Assembly: GCA_963716255.1 (NCBI GenBank) | Contig: OY970303.1 | Coordinates: 1,056,001 to 1,120,000 of the forward strand | Length of the DNA stretch: 64,000 nt | Direction: 5' to 3' | DNA from: an uncultured Gemmatimonadales bacterium | GTDB lineage: Bacteria; Gemmatimonadota; Gemmatimonadetes; Longimicrobiales; Longimicrobiaceae | Shown: piece after piece, positions 1-9,014 of the stretch | Position numbering within the stretch: the stretch's first letter is position 1 | Layout: each line of letters starts with the position of its first letter | Notes under the pieces: generated by a model | What the model was told of the DNA's origin: nothing | Database searches by the model: none | What the model saw: only the letters and a program-made list of their open reading frames with translations | Made by a program: the position numbers and the translations under genes

Positions 1-375
1 GTCCGTCAGCACCCGCCCGCTCCCGGAGGACGTGTCGATCGCGAGCGCCGCGAACTGCCCGTCCAGCCGCTCGTCCCACGCGGCGGGCTCGTCCGTTCCC
101 AGGAGACGGTGCACGGCCCCCCTCAGGTCACCGGTGGAGGCCCGCCCCGCGGCGTGGGGCGCCACCCGCACCACCGGGTCGCCCACGAGGACGCTGATCC
201 ACCGCCCGTCCTCCACCAGCACCGCGCGGTCGTGGCGCGCCAGCGCCACCGCCAGCGACCCCCAAGCGCCGTGGTACTCGTCCACGCGCTCCGTGACGGG
301 AGCCAGGTAGCGCTCCAGGTGACCGCGCAGCACCCCCGGCTCCACCCGCCGCGTGCTGAACAGGAAGTCGCTCAT
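1..375 (-). CDS. N-terminal part of an asparagine synthase-related (Ntn/GATase-like) protein; runs off the window start
   Basis: ATG at 375, open to base 1: MSDFLFSTRRVEPG...WDERLDGQFAALAIDTSSGSGRVLTD. The LDGxFA..D motif resembles AsnB-like N-domains common in glycan clusters. Not in the ORF track. Confidence 0.5.
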   Translation of the reverse strand, partial: MSDFLFSTRRVEPGVLRGHLERYLAPVTERVDEYHGAWGSLAVALARHDRAVLVEDGRWISVLVGDPVVRVAPHAAGRASTGDLRGAVHRLLGTDEPAAWDERLDGQFAALAIDTSSGSGRVLTD

Positions 376-459
376 GGCGCCGCCCTGCCGGGCAACGGCG
401 AGGATGGCAGGGGTGAGCCGGCGTCCGCGGGCCCCCACCCGGCGGCCTGAGAGCCGCCA

Positions 460-582
460 CCCTCCCCCGTTCCGGGGGAGGGGAATCTCCACTCTGACGA
501 TCCTCGCCTTCCGGTGTGTCGTTGCAGTGCTCCCCCTTTCCCCCGCTTGCGGGGGAGAGGGGGCCGGGGGGTGAGGGGGCCC
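460..582. repeat. REP-like purine/pyrimidine palindromes (family C)
   Basis: cctcccccgttccgggggagg and tcccccgcttgcgggggagagggggccggggggtgaggggg; related copies at 6383-6445, 6650-6692, 12680-12785 and 14870-14925. Confidence 0.75.
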
Positions 583-590
583 GCCCCCAC

Positions 591-740
591 GGACGCCAGC
601 GCGAAATCCGCGTGAGGGATTTCGGCCCGAAGGGGCGAGACCCGGCGGGGCTGTTTCCGCCGGGGCTCGACTCCGTTAGGCAGCGTTGTTTGCTGCCTTA
701 CGGAGCCGAAGCCCGACCCCGCGCCAGCGGGGGCACGCCC
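591..740 (+). repeat. Structured intergenic repeat family A, copy 1
   Basis: gcgtgagggatttcggcccgaaggggcgagaccc...ctcgactccgtt...tacggagccgaagccc...gggggcacgccc. Confidence 0.9.
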
Positions 741-751
741 AAATCCGCAGT

Positions 752-1813
752 TCAAAGCTGCTCCTTCGAACGCAAAACCCCGTATCGGTCCACCGCACGC
801 TGCACCCGCTCCAGCACGTCGTCCACGGTGATCTGCTCCATGCGCTCCCGCTTGGGCGCGAAGCCGGAGGGATCGGGCTCCTCGCCCGGCTCGGTGTAGC
901 GGTCCACCCACAGGTCCTGGTACCGCCGGTACGGGCCCGCGCGCCAGGGGTTGGTGTGCCCGTACAGCCCCACCACCGGCACGTCCAGCGCCCGCGCGAT
1001 GTGCAGCGGCCCCGTGTCCGGCGCCAGCACCAGCGCGCTCCGCTCGATCATCCACGCCATGCGCCGGATGGGGTCGCCCATGGCGGAGAGCGGCCGCCCT
1101 CCCGCGAGCGCCTCGATCTCCCCGGCGATACGGCTTTCGCGCTCGCCCCGGCCGCCCATGAGCACCGCGCGGAAGCCGAAGTCGGCCTCCAGGGCGTCCA
1201 CCACCCGCGCCCAGCGGTCCGCGAGCCAGTCCTTGCGGTGGATGGCGGAGGCGGGCACCACCGCCGCGACCGGCCGGTCCATCCCCGAAAAGAACTCCGC
1301 CTGCTCCGCCCGCTCCTCGTCCGTGAACTCGATCCGCCACGCCGGGTCGGCGGGGACGGGGACACCCAGGTGCTCCGCGAACTCCAGGAACATGTCCACC
1401 GTGTGCCCGCGCGGGCGCGGCTCCAGGTGGTGGTTCGCGGCCAGCCACACCCCCTCGAACGCCCGCCCCCGGTCGAACCCCACCCGGTGGCGGGCGCGGG
1501 ACAGCAGGGTGGGCCACACGCTCTTGGTGTACACGTTGAGGTTGAGCGTGACGTCGAAGCGGCGGCGGCGCAGCTCGCGCGCCAGCTCCCACACGCCCCG
1601 CGCGCCCAGCTTCTTGCGGTACACCACCACGTCGTCCACCGAGGGGTGCGGCCGCAGCATCAACGCCGCCATGGGCTCCACCACCCAGGTGACGTGCAGC
1701 GACGGGTCGTGGTCCTTGAGCGCGTTCACCAGGGGGAGGCCGTTGACCACGTCGCCCAGCCCGGTGAGCAGCACCACGCACACGCGCCGCCCGGGATAGC
1801 GGAGCGGCGTCAC
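752..1813 (-). CDS. Glycosyltransferase family 9 (ADP-heptose:LPS heptosyltransferase-like)
   Basis: LLTGLGDVV, KDW..RWA and DTGPLHIARALDVPVVGLYG motifs; GTG start overlaps the upstream TGA. Confidence 0.9.
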   Translation of the reverse strand: MTPLRYPGRRVCVVLLTGLGDVVNGLPLVNALKDHDPSLHVTWVVEPMAALMLRPHPSVDDVVVYRKKLGARGVWELARELRRRRFDVTLNLNVYTKSVWPTLLSRARHRVGFDRGRAFEGVWLAANHHLEPRPRGHTVDMFLEFAEHLGVPVPADPAWRIEFTDEERAEQAEFFSGMDRPVAAVVPASAIHRKDWLADRWARVVDALEADFGFRAVLMGGRGERESRIAGEIEALAGGRPLSAMGDPIRRMAWMIERSALVLAPDTGPLHIARALDVPVVGLYGHTNPWRAGPYRRYQDLWVDRYTEPGEEPDPSGFAPKRERMEQITVDDVLERVQRAVDRYGVLRSKEQL

Positions 1814-2976
1814 GCGGCCCCCGCGTGGTGGAAGGGGAGCCCCAGGAGCGCGGCCTCCACGCCGTCGATCATCCGCTCCACGCTGAACCAGTGCTCCAGC
1901 CGCCAGGCCGCCTCGTCCACGCGGGCGTCCACGGCCGCGCCGCCGTCGCGGAGACCGCCCGCGACCTCCGTGAGCGCGGCGGCGAGGGCGGGCGCGTCGT
2001 CGGGCGGCACGATCCACCCGGCGGCGGGGCGCCCCTCCCGGGGGGCGAGCACGTCCCAGGCGCCGCCCACGTCGGTGGAGACGACCGGCCTGCGGGCGGT
2101 CACCGCTTCCAGCATGGCCACGGACATCCCCTCGCTGCGGCTGCTCAGCACGAACACGTTGCTCGCGGCCAGCACCGCGGCGACGTCGGCGCGCTGCCCG
2201 AGCAGGTGCACGCGGTCCGCGACGCCCAGCGACTCCGCCCGCGCCCGCAGCGCTGCCCGGTCGGGGCCCTCGCCGGCCAGCACCACGTGCAGACCCGGAT
2301 CGGCGGCATGCGCCAGCGCGGTCACCAGCACGTCGAAGCCCTTGCGGCGCTCCAGCCCGCCCACTCCCACGGCCACCCGGGCGTCGGCGGGAATGCCGAG
2401 CTCCGCGCGGAGCGGCGCGGGGGGCGCGGAGTGCAGGCGCACGCCGTTGGGAACGTAGTACACGGCCTCCGGCACGAGCCCCGGCACCGAGGCGAGAAGG
2501 TGGTCGCGCACGGCGCGCGAGTTGGCGACCACGGCGTCGGTGTAGCGCGTGAGCGAGCGGCGGTGCTTCCACCCCTCGATTCCGGTGGGGATGGGCTGCA
2601 CGGCGCCCAGGCGGAGGACGATGCGGGGGACCCCCGCGCGCCGCGCGCTCCACCCCGCCCCCAGCAGCCGCACCCACGAGGTGAGCAGCGCCGCGTCCGG
2701 CCGCTCCCGCCGCAGCCAGGCGATGAAGCGGCCCGCGCTCCACGGGTCCAGGTCGCCGCGCGGGCGGGCGCCGACCGTCGGGATGCCCAGCCCGGCGAAG
2801 GCCTCCCGCACGGGCCCCTGCTCGCGGCAGGACACCACCAGCTGGTGCCCGCGCTTCAACAGCTCCTCCGCCACCAGCAGGCCCTGCCGCTCGTTGCCGC
2901 GCACCGAGGGGCCGTCCACGTGCATGGCCACCTTGAGGCTGCGCCGCCCCGCCGCCGCGTGCGCCCGGCCGCTCAC
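1810..2976 (-). CDS. Glycosyltransferase family 4
   Basis: VANS, KGFDVL and FVLSSRSEGMSVAMLEA (ExxxxxxxE) motifs; GTGA overlap. Confidence 0.9.
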   Translation of the reverse strand: MSGRAHAAAGRRSLKVAMHVDGPSVRGNERQGLLVAEELLKRGHQLVVSCREQGPVREAFAGLGIPTVGARPRGDLDPWSAGRFIAWLRRERPDAALLTSWVRLLGAGWSARRAGVPRIVLRLGAVQPIPTGIEGWKHRRSLTRYTDAVVANSRAVRDHLLASVPGLVPEAVYYVPNGVRLHSAPPAPLRAELGIPADARVAVGVGGLERRKGFDVLVTALAHAADPGLHVVLAGEGPDRAALRARAESLGVADRVHLLGQRADVAAVLAASNVFVLSSRSEGMSVAMLEAVTARRPVVSTDVGGAWDVLAPREGRPAAGWIVPPDDAPALAAALTEVAGGLRDGGAAVDARVDEAAWRLEHWFSVERMIDGVEAALLGLPFHHAGAA

Positions 2977-4055
2977 GCGGGCTCCGCGAGCAGGCGCTCC
3001 CAGCGGTCCAGGAACCCCTCGAAGGAAAATTGCTCCTCCACGCGCTCCCGCGCGGCCGCCGCCATCTCCGCCAGGCGGGCGGGATCGTCCAGCATCCGCC
3101 GGAGGGCGGCTGCGATCTCCGCCGGCCCCGGGGCGACCACCAGCCCGGGGCGCCGCCCGTCGGACAGCGGCTCCAGCGCCTCCTCCGCGCCGCTCACCGG
3201 CGAGCTCACCACGGGGACGCCCGCGGCCATGGCCTCCAGCATCGCGTTCGCCATCCCCTCGCGGTCCGAGCAGACCACGTGCACGTCCAGCGCGTCCAGC
3301 ACGTCGCCCACGTCGCCGCGGAAGCCCAGGAAGTGCACGCGCTCCGTGATCCCCAGCTCCGCCGCCAGCGCTTCCAGGGCGGCCCGCTCGTCGCCCTCGC
3401 CGGCGAGCACGCAGTGCACGTCCGCGGGGAGCAGCGCCACGGCGCCCAGCAGCCGCTCGAAGCGCTTCTGCTTGGCCAGGCGGGCCACCGCGCCCACGGT
3501 GCGCGCCCCGGCGGGGAGGCCCAGCGCGCGGCGCACGGCCCCCGGCTGGCCGGAGCGCGGCGGGACGCGGACACCGTCGTACACCACGCGGACGCGGGTG
3601 GGGTCCAGCTCCGGGTCCGCCGCCAGGAAGGCGGGGCGCATGACCCCGGCGTTCAGCGCGATCACGTCCACGAAGCGCCGCAGCGCCACGCGGTAGCGCG
3701 CGCCGCGGGGCACGTCGGTGGAAAGGACGATGCGCTGCACCACCCGCGGCACCCCCGCCAGCCGCGCGCCCATCCCCGCCAGGAACACCTTCTTGAAGGT
3801 GGTGAGCACCAGCGCGTCCGGCCGCTCCCGCCGCAGCACGGCGGCGAAGCGGAGCGCGTCGGGGAGCATGGCGTCCCCGCCCACGCGCGCCACGCCCGTG
3901 GGGATCCCGTAGCCGCCGATCCGCTCCGCCATCGCCTCGTCGCGGCACAGCATCTTCACCCGGTGCCCGCGCTCCTGGAGCCCGGCGAGGAGGTGCGCGG
4001 TCCCCAGCTCGCCCCCGCCCAGGATGGAGGAGCCGTTGTGCGCCAGGACGTACAT
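2973..4055 (-). CDS. Glycosyltransferase family 4
   Basis: MYVLAHNGSSILGGGE...VARLAKQKRF...SDREGMANAMLEAMAAGVPVV. Confidence 0.9.
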   Translation of the reverse strand: MYVLAHNGSSILGGGELGTAHLLAGLQERGHRVKMLCRDEAMAERIGGYGIPTGVARVGGDAMLPDALRFAAVLRRERPDALVLTTFKKVFLAGMGARLAGVPRVVQRIVLSTDVPRGARYRVALRRFVDVIALNAGVMRPAFLAADPELDPTRVRVVYDGVRVPPRSGQPGAVRRALGLPAGARTVGAVARLAKQKRFERLLGAVALLPADVHCVLAGEGDERAALEALAAELGITERVHFLGFRGDVGDVLDALDVHVVCSDREGMANAMLEAMAAGVPVVSSPVSGAEEALEPLSDGRRPGLVVAPGPAEIAAALRRMLDDPARLAEMAAAARERVEEQFSFEGFLDRWERLLAEPA

Positions 4056-5026
4056 CAGGGGGCGCCGGCTCCCTCGCTCCGCAGCCAGCCCACGAAGCGG
4101 CGGATCCCCTCCTCCACGGGGACCCGCGGGTCGTAGCCCAGCAGGCTGCGCGCCTTGTCCACGCTGGCGAAGGTGCGCGCCACGTCGCCCGGCTGCGCGG
4201 GGAGCCGGCGGATGCGCGGCTCCACCCCCATCTCCGCCGCCAGCAGCGCCAGCAGCTCGGACAGCGGCACCGTGCGGCTCTCGCCCAGGTTCACGAGCTC
4301 GAAGGCGCCGGGGTGCGCCAGCGCGTAGCGGATCCCTCCCTCGATCCCCTGGACGATGTCGTCCACGTAGGTGTAGTCGCGCTGCGTGCCGCCGTCGCCG
4401 TACACCGGCAGCTCGCCGCCCTCCGCCATGAGCCGGGCGAACTTGTGGATCGCCAGGTCGGGGCGCTGCCGCGGGCCGTACACCGTGAAGAAGCGCAGGC
4501 ACAGCACGGACATCCCGTACAGGTGCGCATAGGTGTGCCCCAGCAGCTCCGCCGCGCGCTTGCTCGCCGCGTACGGGGAGATGGGGCGCCCCACCGGGTC
4601 GCTTTCCGAGAACGGCACGTGGGCCGCGTCGCCGTAGACGCTGGAGCTGGAGCCCAGCACGAACGCGCCCGTGCCGCGCCGCCGCGCCAGCTCCAGCATG
4701 GCGCCCGTCCCCTCCACGTTGGTGCGCAGGTAGTCCAGCGGCCGCTCCAGCGAGGGGCGCACCCCCGCACGCGCCGCCAGGTGCACCACCGCGTCGAACG
4801 CCCCCTCGTCCAGGGCCGCGTCCAGCGCCTCCGGCTCGCACACGTCGCCCACCACCAGCCGGAAACGGGGATCCCCCTCCAGCGCGGCGAGGTTGCGGCG
4901 CTTGGTCGCGGGGTCGTAGAACGGGTCGAAATTGTCCACGGCGACCACGTCGTCGCCCCGCGCCACCAGCCGCTCGCAGAGGTGGGAGCCGATGAAGCCG
5001 GCCCCCCCGGTGACCAGGATCCTCAC
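4055..5026 (-). CDS. NAD-dependent NDP-sugar epimerase (UDP-glucuronate 4-epimerase-like)
   Basis: ILVTGGAGFIGS, HLAARAGVRPS, SSSSVYG, YAASK and LRFFTVYGPRQRPD motifs. Confidence 0.92.
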   Translation of the reverse strand: MRILVTGGAGFIGSHLCERLVARGDDVVAVDNFDPFYDPATKRRNLAALEGDPRFRLVVGDVCEPEALDAALDEGAFDAVVHLAARAGVRPSLERPLDYLRTNVEGTGAMLELARRRGTGAFVLGSSSSVYGDAAHVPFSESDPVGRPISPYAASKRAAELLGHTYAHLYGMSVLCLRFFTVYGPRQRPDLAIHKFARLMAEGGELPVYGDGGTQRDYTYVDDIVQGIEGGIRYALAHPGAFELVNLGESRTVPLSELLALLAAEMGVEPRIRRLPAQPGDVARTFASVDKARSLLGYDPRVPVEEGIRRFVGWLRSEGAGAP

Positions 5027-6159
5027 GCCCCGAAGAAGGCGCGGATGGACGCGGCCACGTGCTCCCGCTGCGCCTCCGTCAATTCCGGGAACACGGGGAC
5101 GGACAGCACCTCCGCCGCCGCCCGCTCCGACTCCGGGAACTCGCCCTGGCGGTAGCCCAGGTACGCGAAGCACTCCTGCAGGTGAAGCGGCACCGGGTAG
5201 TAGACGTTGCTCCCCACCCCGCGCTCGCGGAGGAACGCCGCCAGCGCGTCGCGGCGCCCGCCGTGCACCCGCAGCGTGTACTGGTTGTAGATGGACTCGC
5301 TGCCCGGGAGCAGGGCCGGCGTGGACACGCCCTCCAGCCCGGCCAGCGCCTCGTCGTAGAAGCGCGCGTGCTCCCGGCGCGCCGCGCTCCACCCGGCCAG
5401 GTGCGGGAGCTTTGCCGAGAGCACCGCCGCCTGCAGCGCGTCCAGCCGCGAGTTGTAGCCCACCTCCTCGTGGTGGTACATCTGCCGCCCGCCGTGCACC
5501 CGCAGCTTCCGCAGCCGCTCCGCCGTCGCCTCGTGGGGGGTCACGATCATCCCCGCGTCCCCGAAGGCGCCCAGGTTCTTGGTGGGGAAGAACGAAAAGG
5601 CGCAGGCGTCGCCCAGCGTGCCGGTGGTGATCCAGCGGCCGTCCTCCAGCCGCAGCCGCGCCCCGATGGCCTGGGCCGCGTCCTCCAGAACCGCCACGCC
5701 GCGCCGGTCGCCCAGCGCGCGGAAGGCCTCCATCTCCGCCATCTGCCCGAACAGGTGCACCGGCACCACCACCCGCGTCCGCTCCGTGGTCGCCGACTCC
5801 GCCGCCGCGGGATCCAGGTTGAAGGTGGCCGGGTCGATGTCCGCGAACACCGTGCGGCCGCCGGCGTTGTGGATCGCCCCCGCCGTGGCGAAGAAGGTGA
5901 AGGGCGAGGTCACCACCTCCTCGCCGCGCTCCACCCCCAGCGCGCGCAGCCCCAGGAGGAGCGCGTCGGTCCCGCTGGCGCACCCCACCGCGTGCTCCAC
6001 CCCCAGGTAGTTCGCGATCTCCGCCTCGAAGCGGTCCACCGTCGGGCCCAGGATGAAGCGCTGCTCCTCGATCACCGTCTTCACGGCCTGCTGCACGGCG
6101 TCCGCGATGCCGTGGTACTGGCCGGTCAGGTCCAGCAGCGGAACTTGCATGGTCGTCAT
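5023..6159 (-). CDS. DegT/DnrJ/EryC1/StrS family PLP sugar aminotransferase
   Basis: SGTDAL, EDAAQAIGA, SFFPTKNLGAFGDAG and GYNSRLD motifs. Confidence 0.95.
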   Translation of the reverse strand: MTTMQVPLLDLTGQYHGIADAVQQAVKTVIEEQRFILGPTVDRFEAEIANYLGVEHAVGCASGTDALLLGLRALGVERGEEVVTSPFTFFATAGAIHNAGGRTVFADIDPATFNLDPAAAESATTERTRVVVPVHLFGQMAEMEAFRALGDRRGVAVLEDAAQAIGARLRLEDGRWITTGTLGDACAFSFFPTKNLGAFGDAGMIVTPHEATAERLRKLRVHGGRQMYHHEEVGYNSRLDALQAAVLSAKLPHLAGWSAARREHARFYDEALAGLEGVSTPALLPGSESIYNQYTLRVHGGRRDALAAFLRERGVGSNVYYPVPLHLQECFAYLGYRQGEFPESERAAAEVLSVPVFPELTEAQREHVAASIRAFFGA

Positions 6160-6227
6160 CTATGATTCCAGGAAGCTTCGTGGTCTCGTCCGGTCTTTGA
6201 ACTGCAACGGATGCCGGCTTCGGGCTC

Positions 6228-6375
6228 GGGCGTGCCCCCGGCTGGCGCCGGGGTCGGGCTTCGGCTCCGTAGCACACGAAACGACCGTGTGCAACGGAGT
6301 CGAGCCCCGCGAAACTGCCCGCGGGTCTCGCCCCTTCGGGCCGTAATCCCTCACGCGGGCATCGCGCTGGCGTCC
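6228..6375 (-). repeat. Structured intergenic repeat family A, copy 2 (inverted)
   Basis: Reverse complement aligns with copy 1. Confidence 0.9.
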
Positions 6376-6694
6376 GCTGGGCCCCCACCCGGCTCGCTTA
6401 GGCTCGCACGGCTTTCCCTTATATCCCCCGATTCTGGGGGAGGGCTTCCCGTCGGTCCGGGCCGTCGCCGTTCCTGCAATGCTCGCCGGGAGGTCGGGGG
6501 AGGGTCCGCAGGCGGTGCGTCTGTTCGAAGCCAGCGTGATGCCGCGGACCTGCTCAACCGGTGGGCGAGTTTCGCACCGCCGGAGGAGCCTCCCCCGGCC
6601 GACCCCATACCCGGAGCCCTCCGAAGCACACCGCCTCCCGCCGTGCGGTTCTCCCCTCCCCCTTGCGGGGAGGGGCCGGGGGAGGGGGTCCCCG

Positions 6695-7807
6695 TCACCC
6701 ACCCGCCGCGGGAAACAGCACCCGCACCACCTCGTCCAGCATGCGGTCCACGCCGAACCACTCGCGCGCTCGGCGCCGCGCCTCGGCCGCGCGGCGCGCG
6801 GCCTCGCCGCCGCCGGCGCGCAGCTCCGCCAGCGCCTCCGCGAGGGCGGCGCCCAGCGCGGCGGGGTCCTCCGGCGGCACGATCCAGCCGGCCGGCGGGT
6901 CGTCCGCGCGAGCGCCGAGCGCCTCGCGCACGCCGCTCACGTCCGCGGCGACCACGGGGGTCCCCGCCGCCATGGCCTCCAGCATCACGTTGGCCATCCC
7001 CTCGTTGCGGCTGCTCAGCACGAACAGGTCGCAGGCGGCCAGCAGATCCGGGACGTCCGCGCGGTGCCCGGCCCAGCAGACCCGCTCCGCGACTCCCAGG
7101 CGCCCCGCCAGCCCGCGGAGCGCGCCCTCCTCCGGGCCGGAGCCCACGACCACGAGCCGGCTCCCCGGGACCGCGGCGCGGGCGAACGCCTCCAGGAGCA
7201 GGTCGAAGCCCTTTCTCCGCGCCAGGTGCCCGGCGCCCGCCACCAGCAGCGCCGCCGCGTCCGCCCCCAACTGGGCCCGCAGCGCGCGGGCCGCCTCCGC
7301 GGAGAGCGGCGCCGCCGGGCGGATGCCGTTGAGCACCACGTGCACCCGGTCGGGCGGGAACCAGGGCGCCGAGCCGGTCCACGCCTCGCGGATCTCCGGC
7401 GCGTTGACCACCAGCGCGTCCACCCAGCGGCGGAAGGGGAGCGCGTGCCGGCGGCTGCGCAGCTCCCTCACGATTCCCAATCGCACCACCGTCCGCGGCA
7501 CCCCCGAGCGGCGGGCGGCCCACGCGCCCCAGGCGGTGCCCTTCCACGACGTGAGCAGGAGCGCGTCCGGCCGCTCGCCCCGCAGCCACCGCGCGAAGCG
7601 GACGCCGCGCCACGCGTCCAGGTACCCGCCCGGGAGCACGGGGGCCACCGCGACACCGCGCCGAGCCAGCTCCGCCGCCACCGGGCCGCCCCGGCGGCAG
7701 GCGACCACCACCTCGTGGCCGCGGGCCAGCAGCCCCTCCGCCACGGTGGCGAGCCACTTCTCGTTGCCGCCCCACACCCGGGCGGCGTTCTGCGCCACCA
7801 GCTTCAC
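6695..7807 (-). CDS. Glycosyltransferase family 4
   Basis: VKLVAQNAARVWGGNE...KGFDLL...FVLSSRNEGMANVMLEAMAAG; GTGA overlap. Confidence 0.9.
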   Translation of the reverse strand: MKLVAQNAARVWGGNEKWLATVAEGLLARGHEVVVACRRGGPVAAELARRGVAVAPVLPGGYLDAWRGVRFARWLRGERPDALLLTSWKGTAWGAWAARRSGVPRTVVRLGIVRELRSRRHALPFRRWVDALVVNAPEIREAWTGSAPWFPPDRVHVVLNGIRPAAPLSAEAARALRAQLGADAAALLVAGAGHLARRKGFDLLLEAFARAAVPGSRLVVVGSGPEEGALRGLAGRLGVAERVCWAGHRADVPDLLAACDLFVLSSRNEGMANVMLEAMAAGTPVVAADVSGVREALGARADDPPAGWIVPPEDPAALGAALAEALAELRAGGGEAARRAAEARRRAREWFGVDRMLDEVVRVLFPAAGG

Positions 7808-8910
7808 CGCCGCGCCCCGTTCCGGCGGCGGCCGTGCGCGCCGGCCAGCACCGTCTCCCAGCGGTCCAGCATCGCCCCGAAGCCGAAGCGCTCCTCCGCC
7901 CGCTCCCGCGCCGCCGCCGACATCACGGCCCGGCGCTCCGGGTCGTCCAGCACCTCGCGCAGCGCCGCGGCGACCTCCCCCTCGTCGAAGCCCACCACCC
8001 GCCCGGGGCGCCGCCCGTCCGGCAGCGGGTCCAGCGCCTCGTCCGCCCCGCTCACCGCCGTGCTCACCACCGGGACGCCCGCCATCAGCGCCTCCAGCAT
8101 GGCGTTGCTCATCCCCTCCAGGTCCGAGGTCAGCGCCACCACGTCCGCCGCGTCCAGCACGTCGCCCACGTCCGCGCGGAAGCCCAGGAAGTGCGTCCGC
8201 GCGGCGATTCCCAGGTCCCCCGCCAGCGCCTCCAGCTCCGCGCGCCTGCGCCCGTCCCCCGCCAGCACACAGTGCACGTCGCCGTCCAGGAGCGCCACGG
8301 CCCGGAGCAGCCGGTCCAGCCGCTTCTGCGAAACCAGCCGCGCCACCGCCGCCACCACCCGCGCCTGCGGCGCGATTCCCAGCGCCCGCCGCAGAGAGCC
8401 CTCGGGGCCGGTGCGGACCGGCGGATGCACCGCGTTGTGGACCGCCGCCACCCGCTCCTCCGTCCACCCCGGCAGCTCCAGGAAGGGCGCGCGCATGCGG
8501 CCGGCGGTCACCACCACCACGTCCACGCAGCGCTCCAGGGCCAGGCGGTACTTCCACCGCCGCGGCGTGTGCGTTTCCAACCCCACCCGGGCCACCACCC
8601 GCGGCACCCCCGCCAGGCGCGCCCCCAGCCCCGCCAGCCAGAGCTTGCGGAAGGTCCCCACCACGAACGCGTCCGGCCGCAGGCGCCGCAGCCGCAGGGC
8701 GAGCCGCAGAGCGCCCGGCAGCGCCGCGTCGCCTCCCAGCGCGAGCCGTTCCGCCGGGACGCCCAGCGCCCGGGCCCGCTCCATCACCTCCGGCCGGTTG
8801 CACAGGAGCAGCACGCGGTGGCCACGATCCGCGAGCCCCGCCAGGAGGAGGGTCGTGGCGCGCTCCGCCCCTCCCCACTCCGGCGCCCCGTTGTGAGCCA
8901 CGATGAACAC
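7804..8910 (-). CDS. Glycosyltransferase family 4
   Basis: GGAE, VARLVSQKRL and TSDLEGMSNAMLEALMAGVPVV motifs. Confidence 0.9.
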   Translation of the reverse strand: MFIVAHNGAPEWGGAERATTLLLAGLADRGHRVLLLCNRPEVMERARALGVPAERLALGGDAALPGALRLALRLRRLRPDAFVVGTFRKLWLAGLGARLAGVPRVVARVGLETHTPRRWKYRLALERCVDVVVVTAGRMRAPFLELPGWTEERVAAVHNAVHPPVRTGPEGSLRRALGIAPQARVVAAVARLVSQKRLDRLLRAVALLDGDVHCVLAGDGRRRAELEALAGDLGIAARTHFLGFRADVGDVLDAADVVALTSDLEGMSNAMLEALMAGVPVVSTAVSGADEALDPLPDGRRPGRVVGFDEGEVAAALREVLDDPERRAVMSAAARERAEERFGFGAMLDRWETVLAGAHGRRRNGARR

Positions 8911-9014
8911 GGTCGCACCTCCGGTCCATCCGGGAACCGCCCCGCGAACCTCCGGGTCCCATCCTCGCGGGAGCGGAAAACCAGACCTCGTCGCGCGGCC
9001 CCGCCGCGCGCGTC

